Part shown: positions 34,797-42,381 of the stretch, piece after piece
How the letters are laid out: each line of letters starts with the position of its first letter
Numbering within the stretch: the first letter of the stretch is position 1
Source: a virus
Lineage: Duplodnaviria > Caudoviricetes
Virus record (IMG/VR): IMGVR_UViG_3300017716_002032
Span: 1 to 42,381 of that record
DNA: 42,381 nucleotides
Direction: 5' to 3' (one strand)
Notes under the pieces: generated by a model
Told to the model about the DNA's origin: nothing
Database searches by the model: none
Seen by the model: only the letters and a program-made list of their open reading frames with translations
Position numbers and translations under genes: made by a program

Positions 34797-35033
34797 TCAG
34801 CCCTCCACGGCTTGCAGATAAAGATCGAGGATTGTTTCCTCTTGCTGGCGCTTCGCCTTGTCCTGTTTAATCAGGCGCAGAACCTTTCTCATGACTTTCG
34901 GGTCATAACCGACCGCCTTCGCCTCCGCGAAAACTTCCTTCATGTCGGCAGCAATGGCGGTCTTATCCGTATCGAGGCGTTCCAGCCGTTCCATGAACGC
35001 TTGAAGGTGGCCGGTGTTAATCGCGTCCGTCAT
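34797..35033 (-). CDS. gapR: GapR/DUF2312 nucleoid-associated protein homolog
   Basis: LQAFMERLERL...DMKEVFAEAKAVGYDPKVMRKVL...EETILDLY. Confidence 0.88.
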   Translation of the reverse strand: MTDAINTGHLQAFMERLERLDTDKTAIAADMKEVFAEAKAVGYDPKVMRKVLRLIKQDKAKRQQEETILDLYLQAVEG

Positions 35034-35701
35034 TTTGCTTCCTCTTTGGTGAATGGGGTTTGCGAGGCCAAGTCGATCAGCCCCTCATAAAGCGTCGTCA
35101 GTTCCGCCAGCCGTTCGGGCAAAGCGGCGTCCAGTTCTGCACACAAGCCGGAAGCCTTCGCCCATACCTTCGACAGGTCGTCCGGTTTCGTCCGGCGCAA
35201 CACGTCCTCAAAACGGTCGGCCCGTTCGGAAAGGGTCGGAGGCTTAACAGGCTCAGGCGGGGTCTCGACCACGTTCGCTTGCGCCTTGTCGTAAAGCGCC
35301 AGACCAAAGGCATTGCCAAAGGTCATAAGCGCCCGCTTCATTGCGTCGCTCTCAGCCTCTTTGACGGCGCTTTCGTGGGCTTGGTCAACGTCCCGGTCAA
35401 TGCCAGACCCAAACCCGCAACCCTCGCGGACGATAACCGTGTCACCCGCGCGAACGGTAATCCGAACGCGGGCGGAATATCCGACGCGGGACTTTCCATC
35501 GACTAGGCGCGGCTCGCCAAGCTGGCGCATCTCGACTGTCTCGCGGTCCCATTCCGCAAAGCCGAAAATCCGGTTAGCCTCCGCGATAACGTGCCACGCG
35601 GCAAGATACGAAAGCGTCTGCCCGGCTTGCTGGCGGGTGGCCACATGGGCCTTATTGAGCGGAGCCGTCAGGGCTATCCGCTGTTCATCCGAGAACGTCA
35701 T
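35030..35701 (-). CDS. sak: Rad52/Rad22-family single-strand annealing protein (Sak)
   Basis: LSYLAAWHVIAEANRIFGF.EW, REGCGFG, AVKEAESDAMKRALMTFGNAFGLALYDK. Confidence 0.92.
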   Translation of the reverse strand: MTFSDEQRIALTAPLNKAHVATRQQAGQTLSYLAAWHVIAEANRIFGFAEWDRETVEMRQLGEPRLVDGKSRVGYSARVRITVRAGDTVIVREGCGFGSGIDRDVDQAHESAVKEAESDAMKRALMTFGNAFGLALYDKAQANVVETPPEPVKPPTLSERADRFEDVLRRTKPDDLSKVWAKASGLCAELDAALPERLAELTTLYEGLIDLASQTPFTKEEAK

Positions 35702-35921
35702 CGGCTTCCTCCATTGCCTTGTCGTATTGATTGATTGCCTCCGAGAGCTGGCGTTCATATTCCGCGCTCAACGGGGGCGGACCGGACCAAACTTTGGTAT
35801 GGTGGGCGAAACTGGCGCGAAGGGTATTGACCTCCGACCGGCACACCGGCTCATAACCTGTAAGGCCCTTGTCTAGCCACAACCGGCCTTCATGAAACCG
35901 GGCGAGAGGTCTGTCAGTCAT
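35685..35921 (-). CDS. Hypothetical protein
   Basis: Coupled ORF in the early leftward operon. Confidence 0.65.
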   Translation of the reverse strand: MTDRPLARFHEGRLWLDKGLTGYEPVCRSEVNTLRASFAHHTKVWSGPPPLSAEYERQLSEAINQYDKAMEEADDVLG

Positions 35922-36114
35922 CGGCTTGGCCTAGCGAGTGTTTATAATACGCGGCTGTTAGTCGGGTAACCGCGCTTCTCAAGCGTTCGATCTGGGCTTC
36001 ATCCAGATCAGTCAGCCGCTCAACGTCACCGATTGCAACGGTAAGGGTTGAAAGACACGGCTCGAACTTGCCGGAGTGACGGATGGCGCGGAGGGCGTCG
36101 ATAACGTCAGTCAT
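35914..36114 (-). CDS. Hypothetical protein
   Basis: GGGAG RBS, start ATG 36114. Confidence 0.65.
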   Translation of the reverse strand: MTDVIDALRAIRHSGKFEPCLSTLTVAIGDVERLTDLDEAQIERLRSAVTRLTAAYYKHSLGQADD

Positions 36115-36356
36115 TTCGCGGCTCCCATTACCCGCCGAATATCCGTTCTGAACGCCGAAGCGCGAACAGCGGCCATTGAATAATCTTGAACGCAAAGCCG
36201 GTAGCGGCCTTTATCCGCCAAAATCCGGTGCCGCATTTTTTCCGCATACGACAGCGCGTCCAGCCGGTCTTCCCACGACAACGCAAGACGAGCGCGGGAA
36301 ATCGCATTGCGATACGCCCATTTGTAAGTGAATCCGCCTCTTGGCCTCGGTGTCAT
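36111..36356 (-). CDS. Hypothetical protein, first leftward early gene
   Basis: AAGGGAGAACGAC-ATG 36356. Confidence 0.7.
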   Translation of the reverse strand: MTPRPRGGFTYKWAYRNAISRARLALSWEDRLDALSYAEKMRHRILADKGRYRLCVQDYSMAAVRASAFRTDIRRVMGAAK

Positions 36357-36378
36357 GTCGTTCTCCCTTGTTGCCACC

Positions 36379-36460
36379 ATAAAACACGGCACCGGGGAGA
36401 GCGTCAAGCGATATTTGTTAAACATTGCGTTTGACAGGCGCGCCGCTTTCGGCCTTTATG
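36379..36460. promoter_or_regulatory. Divergent early promoters with shared inverted repeat
   Basis: Leftward TTGACG (36402-36407)-17-TTTTAT; rightward TTGACA at 36431; TGTTAAAC-N5-GTTTGACA at 36416-36436. Confidence 0.6.
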
Positions 36461-36493
36461 TCGGCAGCGGGATTGGCCCGCGTGGAGAACATC

Positions 36494-37210
36494 ATGGCGA
36501 TGCCAACTCATACCATCACCGCCGATCAAATTACAGACGGCCTTTATACCGGGTCTGTAGATGTGACGGATTATGCCGGTCACATTGTGATTGCAGAGAA
36601 CTTGGGAACCGTGCGGTTTTCGGGCTATGTCCGCGCCAAAGGCCGCGTGGAGGCAAAGGCAGGCAGCAGCATCTCCGCAGGCGACGGCATCTCCGCAGGC
36701 AGCAGCATCTCCGCAGGCTGGGGCATCTCCGCAGGCTACGGCATCTCCGCAGGCAGCAGCATCTCCGCAGGCTGGGGCATCTCCGCAGGCTGGGGCATCT
36801 CCGCAGGCGACGGCATCTCCGCAGGCCACGGCATCTCCGCAGGCCGCAGCATCTCCGCAGGCGACGGCATCTCCGCAGGCAGCAGCATCTCCGCAGGCGA
36901 CGGCATCTCCGCAGGCAGCAGCATCTCCGCAGGCTGGGGCATCTCCGCAGGCTACGGCATCTCCGCAGGCTGGGGCATCAAGGCCAAATGGGTTGACGTT
37001 GCCCTCCGCATTTTCGTCGGCTTGTGTCTCTGGCGTGAGCCGGAAGGCGAAGAGCGCCAACTTCGCGCCGAACTGCACCGTGGCGTTCTGGCGTTTGGCG
37101 AACACGTCCCTCCCGTTGTCGAGGAAGCGTCCGCACCCTTGGCCGACGAAATCGAGCCGCTGACCGCTTGTGAGATTGCCCGCGTCCGGGAACTTATCGC
37201 TAGTGCCTAA
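36494..37210 (+). CDS. Hexapeptide-repeat (ISAGxx) beta-solenoid protein
   Basis: GGAG RBS, ATG 36494; 17 ISAGxx units. Confidence 0.82.
   Translation: MAMPTHTITADQITDGLYTGSVDVTDYAGHIVIAENLGTVRFSGYVRAKGRVEAKAGSSISAGDGISAGSSISAGWGISAGYGISAGSSISAGWGISAGWGISAGDGISAGHGISAGRSISAGDGISAGSSISAGDGISAGSSISAGWGISAGYGISAGWGIKAKWVDVALRIFVGLCLWREPEGEERQLRAELHRGVLAFGEHVPPVVEEASAPLADEIEPLTACEIARVRELIASA
36671..36976 (+). repeat. 17 x 18-bp tandem repeat, invariant ATCTCCGCAGGC plus variable 6 nt
   Basis: Directly visible. Confidence 0.97.
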
Positions 37211-37370
37211 CCCGACCAAACCAATCGGCGTGAGGCCGAAACAAGGGACCGCCCTGCAACGCATTATCGACCGGGCACGAGAGGATAACACGCCTCTCAG
37301 CCCTATCGTTCATCAAATGGCGGAAGCGCATGAACGCGCGGAACGTCGGAAATCTAAAAAGGGAGAATGA
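37203..37370 (+). CDS. Small RHH/Arc-like DNA-binding protein
   Basis: GTG 37203; TKPIGVRP..ALQRIIDRAREDNTPLSPIVHQM fits a strand-helix-helix pattern. Confidence 0.5.
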   Translation: MPNPTKPIGVRPKQGTALQRIIDRAREDNTPLSPIVHQMAEAHERAERRKSKKGE

Positions 37371-37639
37371 CCGTGCTTGCTTTTATCCGCCGCCTGTTTA
37401 GCCGCTACGGCTTTCATCGCCAGCCGCCCGCTTGCCCGGCAAACCCCGATTGGGCCGATGATGCGTTCTTTACCGCTCACAAAGCCAAGACAGAAAGGCT
37501 TGCAGCTATCGCCCGTGAACGTGATGCACTGAAAGACCAACTGGCGAAGGCTATCAAGGCCAAAAAGGCAAGAGCGCCGATCTATGCGGCCCTTAGGGCG
37601 TTGTCGATTGAGGAACTGCGAGTGGAGACGGGGAAATGA
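37367..37639 (+). CDS. Hypothetical protein
   Basis: AGGGAG RBS, coupled. Confidence 0.7.
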   Translation: MTVLAFIRRLFSRYGFHRQPPACPANPDWADDAFFTAHKAKTERLAAIARERDALKDQLAKAIKAKKARAPIYAALRALSIEELRVETGK

Positions 37640-37837
37640 TCGGCCTTAAAACCGCGTTAGCTGGCTTTGCTCTGTGGTTTGTTTTTGGGCTGCTTACAAA
37701 CAGCATGGACGAGCGCGAGGACCGGGTGTGGTGGTATTCGTTCGGGACAGTTGCTCTTTTTGGTGTCGTCCTAGTTCCTGTCGGTCTGATCGTTTGGATA
37801 TTTGAATGACCCCACCCCCTTGGATAGATGAGAGGGC

Positions 37838-38191
37838 TTGTCGATGATCGAGCTTCCCTTGCCCGCTAAAATCCTCTGGCCTAACGGTCGGGGCCACTGG
37901 GCTGCGAAGGCTAAGGCTTTCAAGGCTCACAAAGAATGGGCTTACCTCGCTGCAAAAGACCCTCTTTGGCGCTGCTACATTGACACAGTGGAACGGGTCA
38001 ATTGGTCCGTCACTATACACCCAAAGACCGCTCACGCGATAGACGACGACAACGCGCGGGCTAGTTTGAAGGCTTATCAAGACGGCTTGGCACTAGCGCT
38101 AGGCGTTAATGACAGTCAGTTCAATGCGCCTTCTCTGACCTTTGGAGAGCCTATTAAGGGCGGGCTTGTGCGGATTGTGATTGCACAATGA
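37838..38191 (+). CDS. RusA-like Holliday junction resolvase
   Basis: IELPLP...PNGR, DDDN...LKAYQDGL...VNDSQF. Confidence 0.75.
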   Translation: MSMIELPLPAKILWPNGRGHWAAKAKAFKAHKEWAYLAAKDPLWRCYIDTVERVNWSVTIHPKTAHAIDDDNARASLKAYQDGLALALGVNDSQFNAPSLTFGEPIKGGLVRIVIAQ

Positions 38192-38559
38192 CAGCCGCGC
38201 CACCCCGCCCGGCCATGTCGAAAGCCCGCCGCCTTCGCCTATTCACTCGCGACGGTGGCCTCTGCGACATCTGTAAACGGAAGGTTCTGGCCGGTGAAGC
38301 GTATGAACTAGACCACATCATCCCATGGGCTTTAGGGTTTGACGACAGCGATGAGAACTTGAGGCTGGTCCACAAAACCTGCCACCGGACGGATAAGACG
38401 GGAGGCGACGTTGCCCGCATTGCCAAGGCGAAGCGCCAAGGCCGGGAGACGGGCCAGCAAGCCAGACGGGCAGTCAAAGGCGGTTCAATCCCGTCTCGCC
38501 CGTTTCCAAAGACTAAAACCACATGGCCTAAGAGGCCTTTTAAGGGGAGAGAGACATGA
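38188..38559 (+). CDS. HNH endonuclease
   Basis: CDIC...ELDHIIP...DENLRLVHKTCH. Confidence 0.88.
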   Translation: MTAAPPRPAMSKARRLRLFTRDGGLCDICKRKVLAGEAYELDHIIPWALGFDDSDENLRLVHKTCHRTDKTGGDVARIAKAKRQGRETGQQARRAVKGGSIPSRPFPKTKTTWPKRPFKGRET

Positions 38560-38921
38560 GACAGACAGTCGCTAATATCTTGCGGGAGGTCGCTCAGGAA
38601 TACGGGCTAACCCTCGCCGCGTTGACCGGGAAGGGTCGCTCCCGTCATATCGCATGGCCAAGGCAGGAGGCTTATTACCGGGCTTTCACAGAGTGCCCGC
38701 ATCTCTCTTATCCAGAGATCGCCCGGCGCATCGGTGGCCGTGACCACACAACAGTTTTGCACGGGGTCCGCGCTCATTGCGAACGGAACGGGCAGTCATA
38801 CGCTCGTGCCGTGCAGATTAGGAAGTATGGCGGGCCGGACTTTGCCTTCTATGAGTTGGCCAAAGGTTATGAGCGGACAATGGTTAGCGCCAGATCGGGA
38901 GGCGAATATGCGTCAGCCTAG
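38556..38921 (+). CDS. DnaA C-terminal (domain IV)-like HTH protein
   Basis: RSRHIAWPRQ...LSYPEIARRIGGRDHTTVLHG. Confidence 0.88.
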   Translation: MRQTVANILREVAQEYGLTLAALTGKGRSRHIAWPRQEAYYRAFTECPHLSYPEIARRIGGRDHTTVLHGVRAHCERNGQSYARAVQIRKYGGPDFAFYELAKGYERTMVSARSGGEYASA

Positions 38922-39267
38922 AGACTGGTTCACTTCCGTTCAAGATAACACGCTTCGCAAAATGAAGCGACTAGGTTTCACCCCCGCCGAGATTGGCGAG
39001 AAGCTGGGCCGAACGGAATACACTGTCCGGGAACGAGCGCGGTCGCTTGGCATCCCGTGGCAGAAAGACCCCGGAAGCTCCGTTCTGGTAAACAAATACG
39101 CGGACGGCTTTGACAAAGACCGGGAGACCGAGGCACGGCAAAGGGTAGCAGACGAACGCTTTGTCTATGCCCTAGCCCTTGCGTTTCAGCGGGGAGACGA
39201 TTTGCCTGTGAGGAAAAGGCCGGTCCCTGCCAAGCGGCCTTCAATGTTTAGCGTCTGGGAAGAATGA
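38908..39267 (+). CDS. GcrA-like N-terminal HTH protein
   Basis: GGAGG RBS, ATG 38908; WFTSVQDNTLRKMKRLGFTPAEIGEKLGRTEYTVRERARSLG. Confidence 0.6.
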   Translation: MRQPRDWFTSVQDNTLRKMKRLGFTPAEIGEKLGRTEYTVRERARSLGIPWQKDPGSSVLVNKYADGFDKDRETEARQRVADERFVYALALAFQRGDDLPVRKRPVPAKRPSMFSVWEE

Positions 39268-40001
39268 CGATGCGTGAGGAGGTCATTGGTGATTGTCGGC
39301 TGATTCTTGGCGACTGCCGGGACATTTTGCCAACGCTTGGCCCGGTGGATGCAGTTGTTACGGACCCGCCTTATGGAATCAACTATCGCCATAGCGGCGG
39401 AGGCCGCTGGGGTGGAAATGGCCTGACAGGAAAACAGAAACCGGTTTGCGATACGCGTGGCGTCATCGGGGATGATAAGCCATTCGATCCAATACACCTT
39501 GTGGCTCTGGCCAAAAAGGTAATCCTTTGGGGCGGTAATCACTACGCTTCTCGGCTTCCTGACCAGCCGTCATGGCTGGTGTGGGACAAGGTAGCGACCG
39601 GACCATCTTTTGCCGATGTAGAGATGGCGTGGACCAACCTTGGCTTCCCCGCCAAACTGCATAAACAACTGTGGTCCGGCTGTTTGGTGTCGGGAGAGGA
39701 GCGGACGAACCGCGTAATGCGCGGCACGGGTCGCGCAACAAGAGAACACCCCACACAAAAGCCAATTGCCTTGATGGACTGGTGTGTCTCACTACTCGGT
39801 GAATGCGGTATAGTGCTCGACCCATACATGGGAAGCGGGACGACGGGCGTTGTTTGCGCCCGGAGAAATATAGCATTTATCGGTGTTGAGATCGACGCTG
39901 GTTATTTCGACATCGCCTGCCGCCGCATTGAGGAGGCTTACAAACAGCCCCGCCTATTTGCGGAGCCGGTTCAAAAGCCGGTTCAAGATGTTCTGATATG
40001 A
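39264..40001 (+). CDS. N6-adenine/N4-cytosine DNA methyltransferase (beta class)
   Basis: DPPY before HPTQKP and VLDPYMGSGTTG. Confidence 0.92.
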   Translation: MTMREEVIGDCRLILGDCRDILPTLGPVDAVVTDPPYGINYRHSGGGRWGGNGLTGKQKPVCDTRGVIGDDKPFDPIHLVALAKKVILWGGNHYASRLPDQPSWLVWDKVATGPSFADVEMAWTNLGFPAKLHKQLWSGCLVSGEERTNRVMRGTGRATREHPTQKPIALMDWCVSLLGECGIVLDPYMGSGTTGVVCARRNIAFIGVEIDAGYFDIACRRIEEAYKQPRLFAEPVQKPVQDVLI

Positions 40002-40100
40002 AAAAGACCCCGGCGAGCGCGAAGCATCACCGGGGCCTCCTTCCTCCGCGACGGGGACAAAGAGGGAGCAAAACCCCCGCCGCGCTCCCTTGTTCCCGCC

Positions 40101-40129
40101 TTGACCTTTTAGGGCCAATGACGGATAAA
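40101..40129 (+). promoter_or_regulatory. Promoter upstream of replication genes
   Basis: TTGACC-17-GATAAA followed by hairpins. Confidence 0.5.
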
Positions 40130-40246
40130 GGTCGGTGCGGGTTAGCCACGAACTGACCCGCGAAACGCCAACGGCTTGCCTAAGGAGCCATCGACCATGC
40201 GGTTTTACCGCCACCAGACCATTTGTGCAAGCCTTTGGGTGATGCC

Positions 40247-40747
40247 GTGAGCGTTCCGTTCATGCAGCTCTATGTGGCCGACTATCTGGGCGACACTAGG
40301 CACCTGACAACCGAACAGCACGGCGCGTATCTGCTCTTGCTTATGACGCTCGGGCATCCCGGCGGTTCTCTTCCGAATGACGACAAAAAGCTGGCGCGGA
40401 TTGCTGGATGTTCGCCGTCGCGATGGGGGAAAATCAGAGAGGACGTGCTGGCGTTTTTCACGGTCACCGATGACGGTCTAACGAGCAAGCACATTGAGCG
40501 GTGGGACATCGAGACGCGCCGCCGTGAGAACCGGCCTCCGCTTCCCGCCATCACACGCGCCTTCGTGCTGGAGCGCGACGGGTATCGTTGTGCCTATTGC
40601 CAGACGACTGACGGCCCGTTCGAGGTTGACCATATTCTGGCCGTCGCCCTTGGTGGCAGTAACGCACTTGAGAACCTGACTTGCGCCTGCAAGCCGTGCA
40701 ACCGCAGCAAGGGTGCAAAGCGGCTCAGTGATTGGGTGGCCGCATGA
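40247..40747 (+). CDS. DUF1376 (YdaU-like) domain fused to an HNH endonuclease
   Basis: PFMQLYVADYLGDTRHLTTEQHGAYLLLL; RDGYRCAYC..EVDH...NLTCACKPCN. Confidence 0.85.
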   Translation: MSVPFMQLYVADYLGDTRHLTTEQHGAYLLLLMTLGHPGGSLPNDDKKLARIAGCSPSRWGKIREDVLAFFTVTDDGLTSKHIERWDIETRRRENRPPLPAITRAFVLERDGYRCAYCQTTDGPFEVDHILAVALGGSNALENLTCACKPCNRSKGAKRLSDWVAA

Positions 40748-41583
40748 GCCTCCCGTATTACAAACGCTTCCCCCGCGATTTTCTCGACGGGACGATAGGC
40801 TTGTGTCTGGAAACCAAGGGCGCTTACGCCATCGTTCTTGACCTGATTTATATGCGCGACGGACGGCTTGCCGATGACGCGCGTTACATCGCTGGCCAGC
40901 TTGGGTGCAGCGTCAGGAAGTGGACGGCTATCCGAAAAGAGCTTCTTGCGGCCGGGAAGATTCAGTGCGCCAACGGGATTATCTCGAACTTTCGCGCAGA
41001 TTATCTCACCGAAGAATCGAGAAAATATCAGGATAATCAGCGCGAAATCGCAGGGCTTCCTCGCAAAAACAACACGTTACGCCAGCCAAAACCTAGCCAA
41101 TCAGAATCAGAACCAGAAAGTAAGAGAGTTACTAACGTAACTCTTGTGCGACCGCCTGATTTGTTCGCTGAGTTTTGGTCGCGCTGGCCAGTCAAGAAAT
41201 CCCGCAAAGCCGCCCATGCGGCATACCTGAAAGCCCTGAAGGAAACCGATCATGGAACTCTTGTCGCCGCAGTCGATGCTCAACGCCGTTGGCCTGAGTG
41301 GGCAGTCGCGAGGTATATCCCCTACGCTGCAACGTGGCTCAACCGGGGTGGCTGGGCTGACGAGCCAAGAGGAAGCGAAGGCGAGGGCGTGGCTGGGAAC
41401 CCGAAAGCCAACGGAAACCGATCAGGCGATACATCATTCGCTGACATCGCAGCTAGGCGTAAGCGTGAACGTGAAGCGGGAATGGAGATACCCGGAAAGC
41501 AAGCCGCCGTATCAGGTGACGACTTCGGCTGGGGTATTGGCGCAATCGACGGACAATGTGCGGCTGGCGATTGGCAAGGTTGA
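40744..41583 (+). CDS. Replication initiator-like protein (DUF1376 N-terminus)
   Basis: LPYYKRFPRDFLDGT...GAY; FAEFWSRWP.K...YIPYAATWLNRGGW.DE. Confidence 0.82.
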   Translation: MSLPYYKRFPRDFLDGTIGLCLETKGAYAIVLDLIYMRDGRLADDARYIAGQLGCSVRKWTAIRKELLAAGKIQCANGIISNFRADYLTEESRKYQDNQREIAGLPRKNNTLRQPKPSQSESEPESKRVTNVTLVRPPDLFAEFWSRWPVKKSRKAAHAAYLKALKETDHGTLVAAVDAQRRWPEWAVARYIPYAATWLNRGGWADEPRGSEGEGVAGNPKANGNRSGDTSFADIAARRKREREAGMEIPGKQAAVSGDDFGWGIGAIDGQCAAGDWQG

Positions 41584-42115
41584 GTTTGCCTCCGTCCCGC
41601 CAAGCCATGAGGAGGCGGAACTTATGGTTTCGCAACTGCAACAGGCTTTGGCCCGGCGGGCATCTAGCGAGGACGCGGCAGAGGTCGGATTTGACTCTTA
41701 CGTCCATTGCCTTCGTCGTCACCCGCTGGACGTAGCGCAAGCCGCCGTCATGGAGCTGGCGAACGAACCTAGACCGGGTAACGCCGCCGCGTGGTTTCCT
41801 ACCCTCCCCGAACTTGAGGGGGTTTGCCGGAAATACGGCAGGGACCGAGAGGCGATGCTTGAGGCTTTGCGCGGCTGGCGTGAACCGTCGCCAGAGGCTG
41901 TTGAGGTCCGGCGTTTGGAGCAAGAATGGAAAGCCCTGCGACAAAGGGCCAGCGAACTGAGTATGAAGGCCGGGCCGGGGCCAGCGACTGACACAGGCCC
42001 ACGCGGCGAGCGGTTAGCCGCCGCCCGTGAGGCCGAACAGCAGTCCATCAAGGCTCGTGAGGCTTTTCTTGTAGCCGAAAAGACCACGCAACATCACAAC
42101 GCAAACAGCTTCTAA
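41252..42115 (+). CDS. Replication accessory protein (helicase-loader-like position); start uncertain
   Basis: Y..CLRRHPLDVAQAAV...WFPTLPEL motif typical of genes following phage initiators. Confidence 0.65.
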   Translation: MELLSPQSMLNAVGLSGQSRGISPTLQRGSTGVAGLTSQEEAKARAWLGTRKPTETDQAIHHSLTSQLGVSVNVKREWRYPESKPPYQVTTSAGVLAQSTDNVRLAIGKVEFASVPPSHEEAELMVSQLQQALARRASSEDAAEVGFDSYVHCLRRHPLDVAQAAVMELANEPRPGNAAAWFPTLPELEGVCRKYGRDREAMLEALRGWREPSPEAVEVRRLEQEWKALRQRASELSMKAGPGPATDTGPRGERLAAAREAEQQSIKAREAFLVAEKTTQHHNANSF

Positions 42116-42122
42116 GGAGATT

Positions 42123-42381
42123 ATGATGAAAGACCTTGTTCTAGTCCATGAACATCCCGTTGGCTCGCGCTGTATGCGCTACGGCTTCGGTGTCTCTGTC
42201 ATGAGCGGAGATGCGCTTTGGTGGTGCGACGAGCGCCGCGCGTGGACAACACTTGATGACAACAAAAGCGGGCTTTCCAACGTTGCGCCGTGCCGGACAG
42301 TTAAGGCTTTTAAGCGCCACCTTCGCCGCCATGCCGATGTGTTGTCTGGACGGCTAGTCGTCTGGACCGGGCGCTTTGATA
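42123..42381 (+). CDS. Hypothetical protein spanning the circular junction (continues to TAG at 147-149)
   Basis: AAGGAGA RBS then ATG 42123; MMKDLVLVHEHPVGSRCMRYGFG...GRFDSVTADLRP* reads open across the overlap. Confidence 0.75.
   Translation, partial: MMKDLVLVHEHPVGSRCMRYGFGVSVMSGDALWWCDERRAWTTLDDNKSGLSNVAPCRTVKAFKRHLRRHADVLSGRLVVWTGRFD
42259..42381 (+). repeat. Terminal direct repeat / assembly overlap, copy 2
   Basis: Identical to 1-123. Confidence 0.97.

Larger units (their letters stand above)
1..42381. mobile_element. Complete tailed-phage genome (P22-like podovirus morphogenesis, lambdoid early organisation), probable alphaproteobacterial host
   Basis: Terminase, portal, capsid, tail hub, ejection, lysis, recombination and replication genes all present; ends overlap; GapR and GcrA-like genes point to Alphaproteobacteria. 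Confidence 0.93.

Noticed and set aside
36671-36976. Possible CRISPR array or DGR repeat
   Set aside because: Variable parts are only 6 nt and in frame within a gene; no cas or reverse transcriptase gene seen.
37645-37659. CtrA box TTAA-N7-TTAA
   Set aside because: Only an imperfect TTAA-N7-TTAG, not in an evident promoter; other TTAA pairs noticed have the wrong spacing.

Overview
The window is a complete, circularly closing phage genome of about 42,258 bp. Bases 1-123 equal 42259-42381, and one ORF reads through the junction. It has a P22-like podovirus virion module on the minus strand (TerS, TerL, portal, GroES, scaffold, capsid, gp4/gp10-like tail hub, ejection proteins, tailspike, lysis cassette), plus lambdoid-style divergent early arms (Sak/Rad52, SSB, GapR, NinB leftward; RusA, HNH, DnaA-CTD, GcrA-like, MTase, DUF1376 replication genes rightward). 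I found no integrase or CI repressor. The host is probably an alphaproteobacterium (Caulobacteraceae-like), which is an inference. The most notable items are not in the ORF track. (1) A 1,046-bp non-autonomous IS1595-family cassette (24-bp terminal inverted repeats, exact 8-bp target duplication, truncated transposase) carries a winged-helix gene directly followed by a non-canonical 8/4 tRNA-Ala-like RNA and a convergent antisense promoter. (2) Five or six small 'promoter-operator + unknown ORF + HTH/RHH regulator' cassettes resemble Acr-Aca anti-defence operons and fall into two paralogous classes. (3) A highly structured ~170-nt late leader RNA ends in a terminator. (4) Several accessory genes are punctuated by repeats. 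All product calls come from motif recognition by eye, and no database searches were run.
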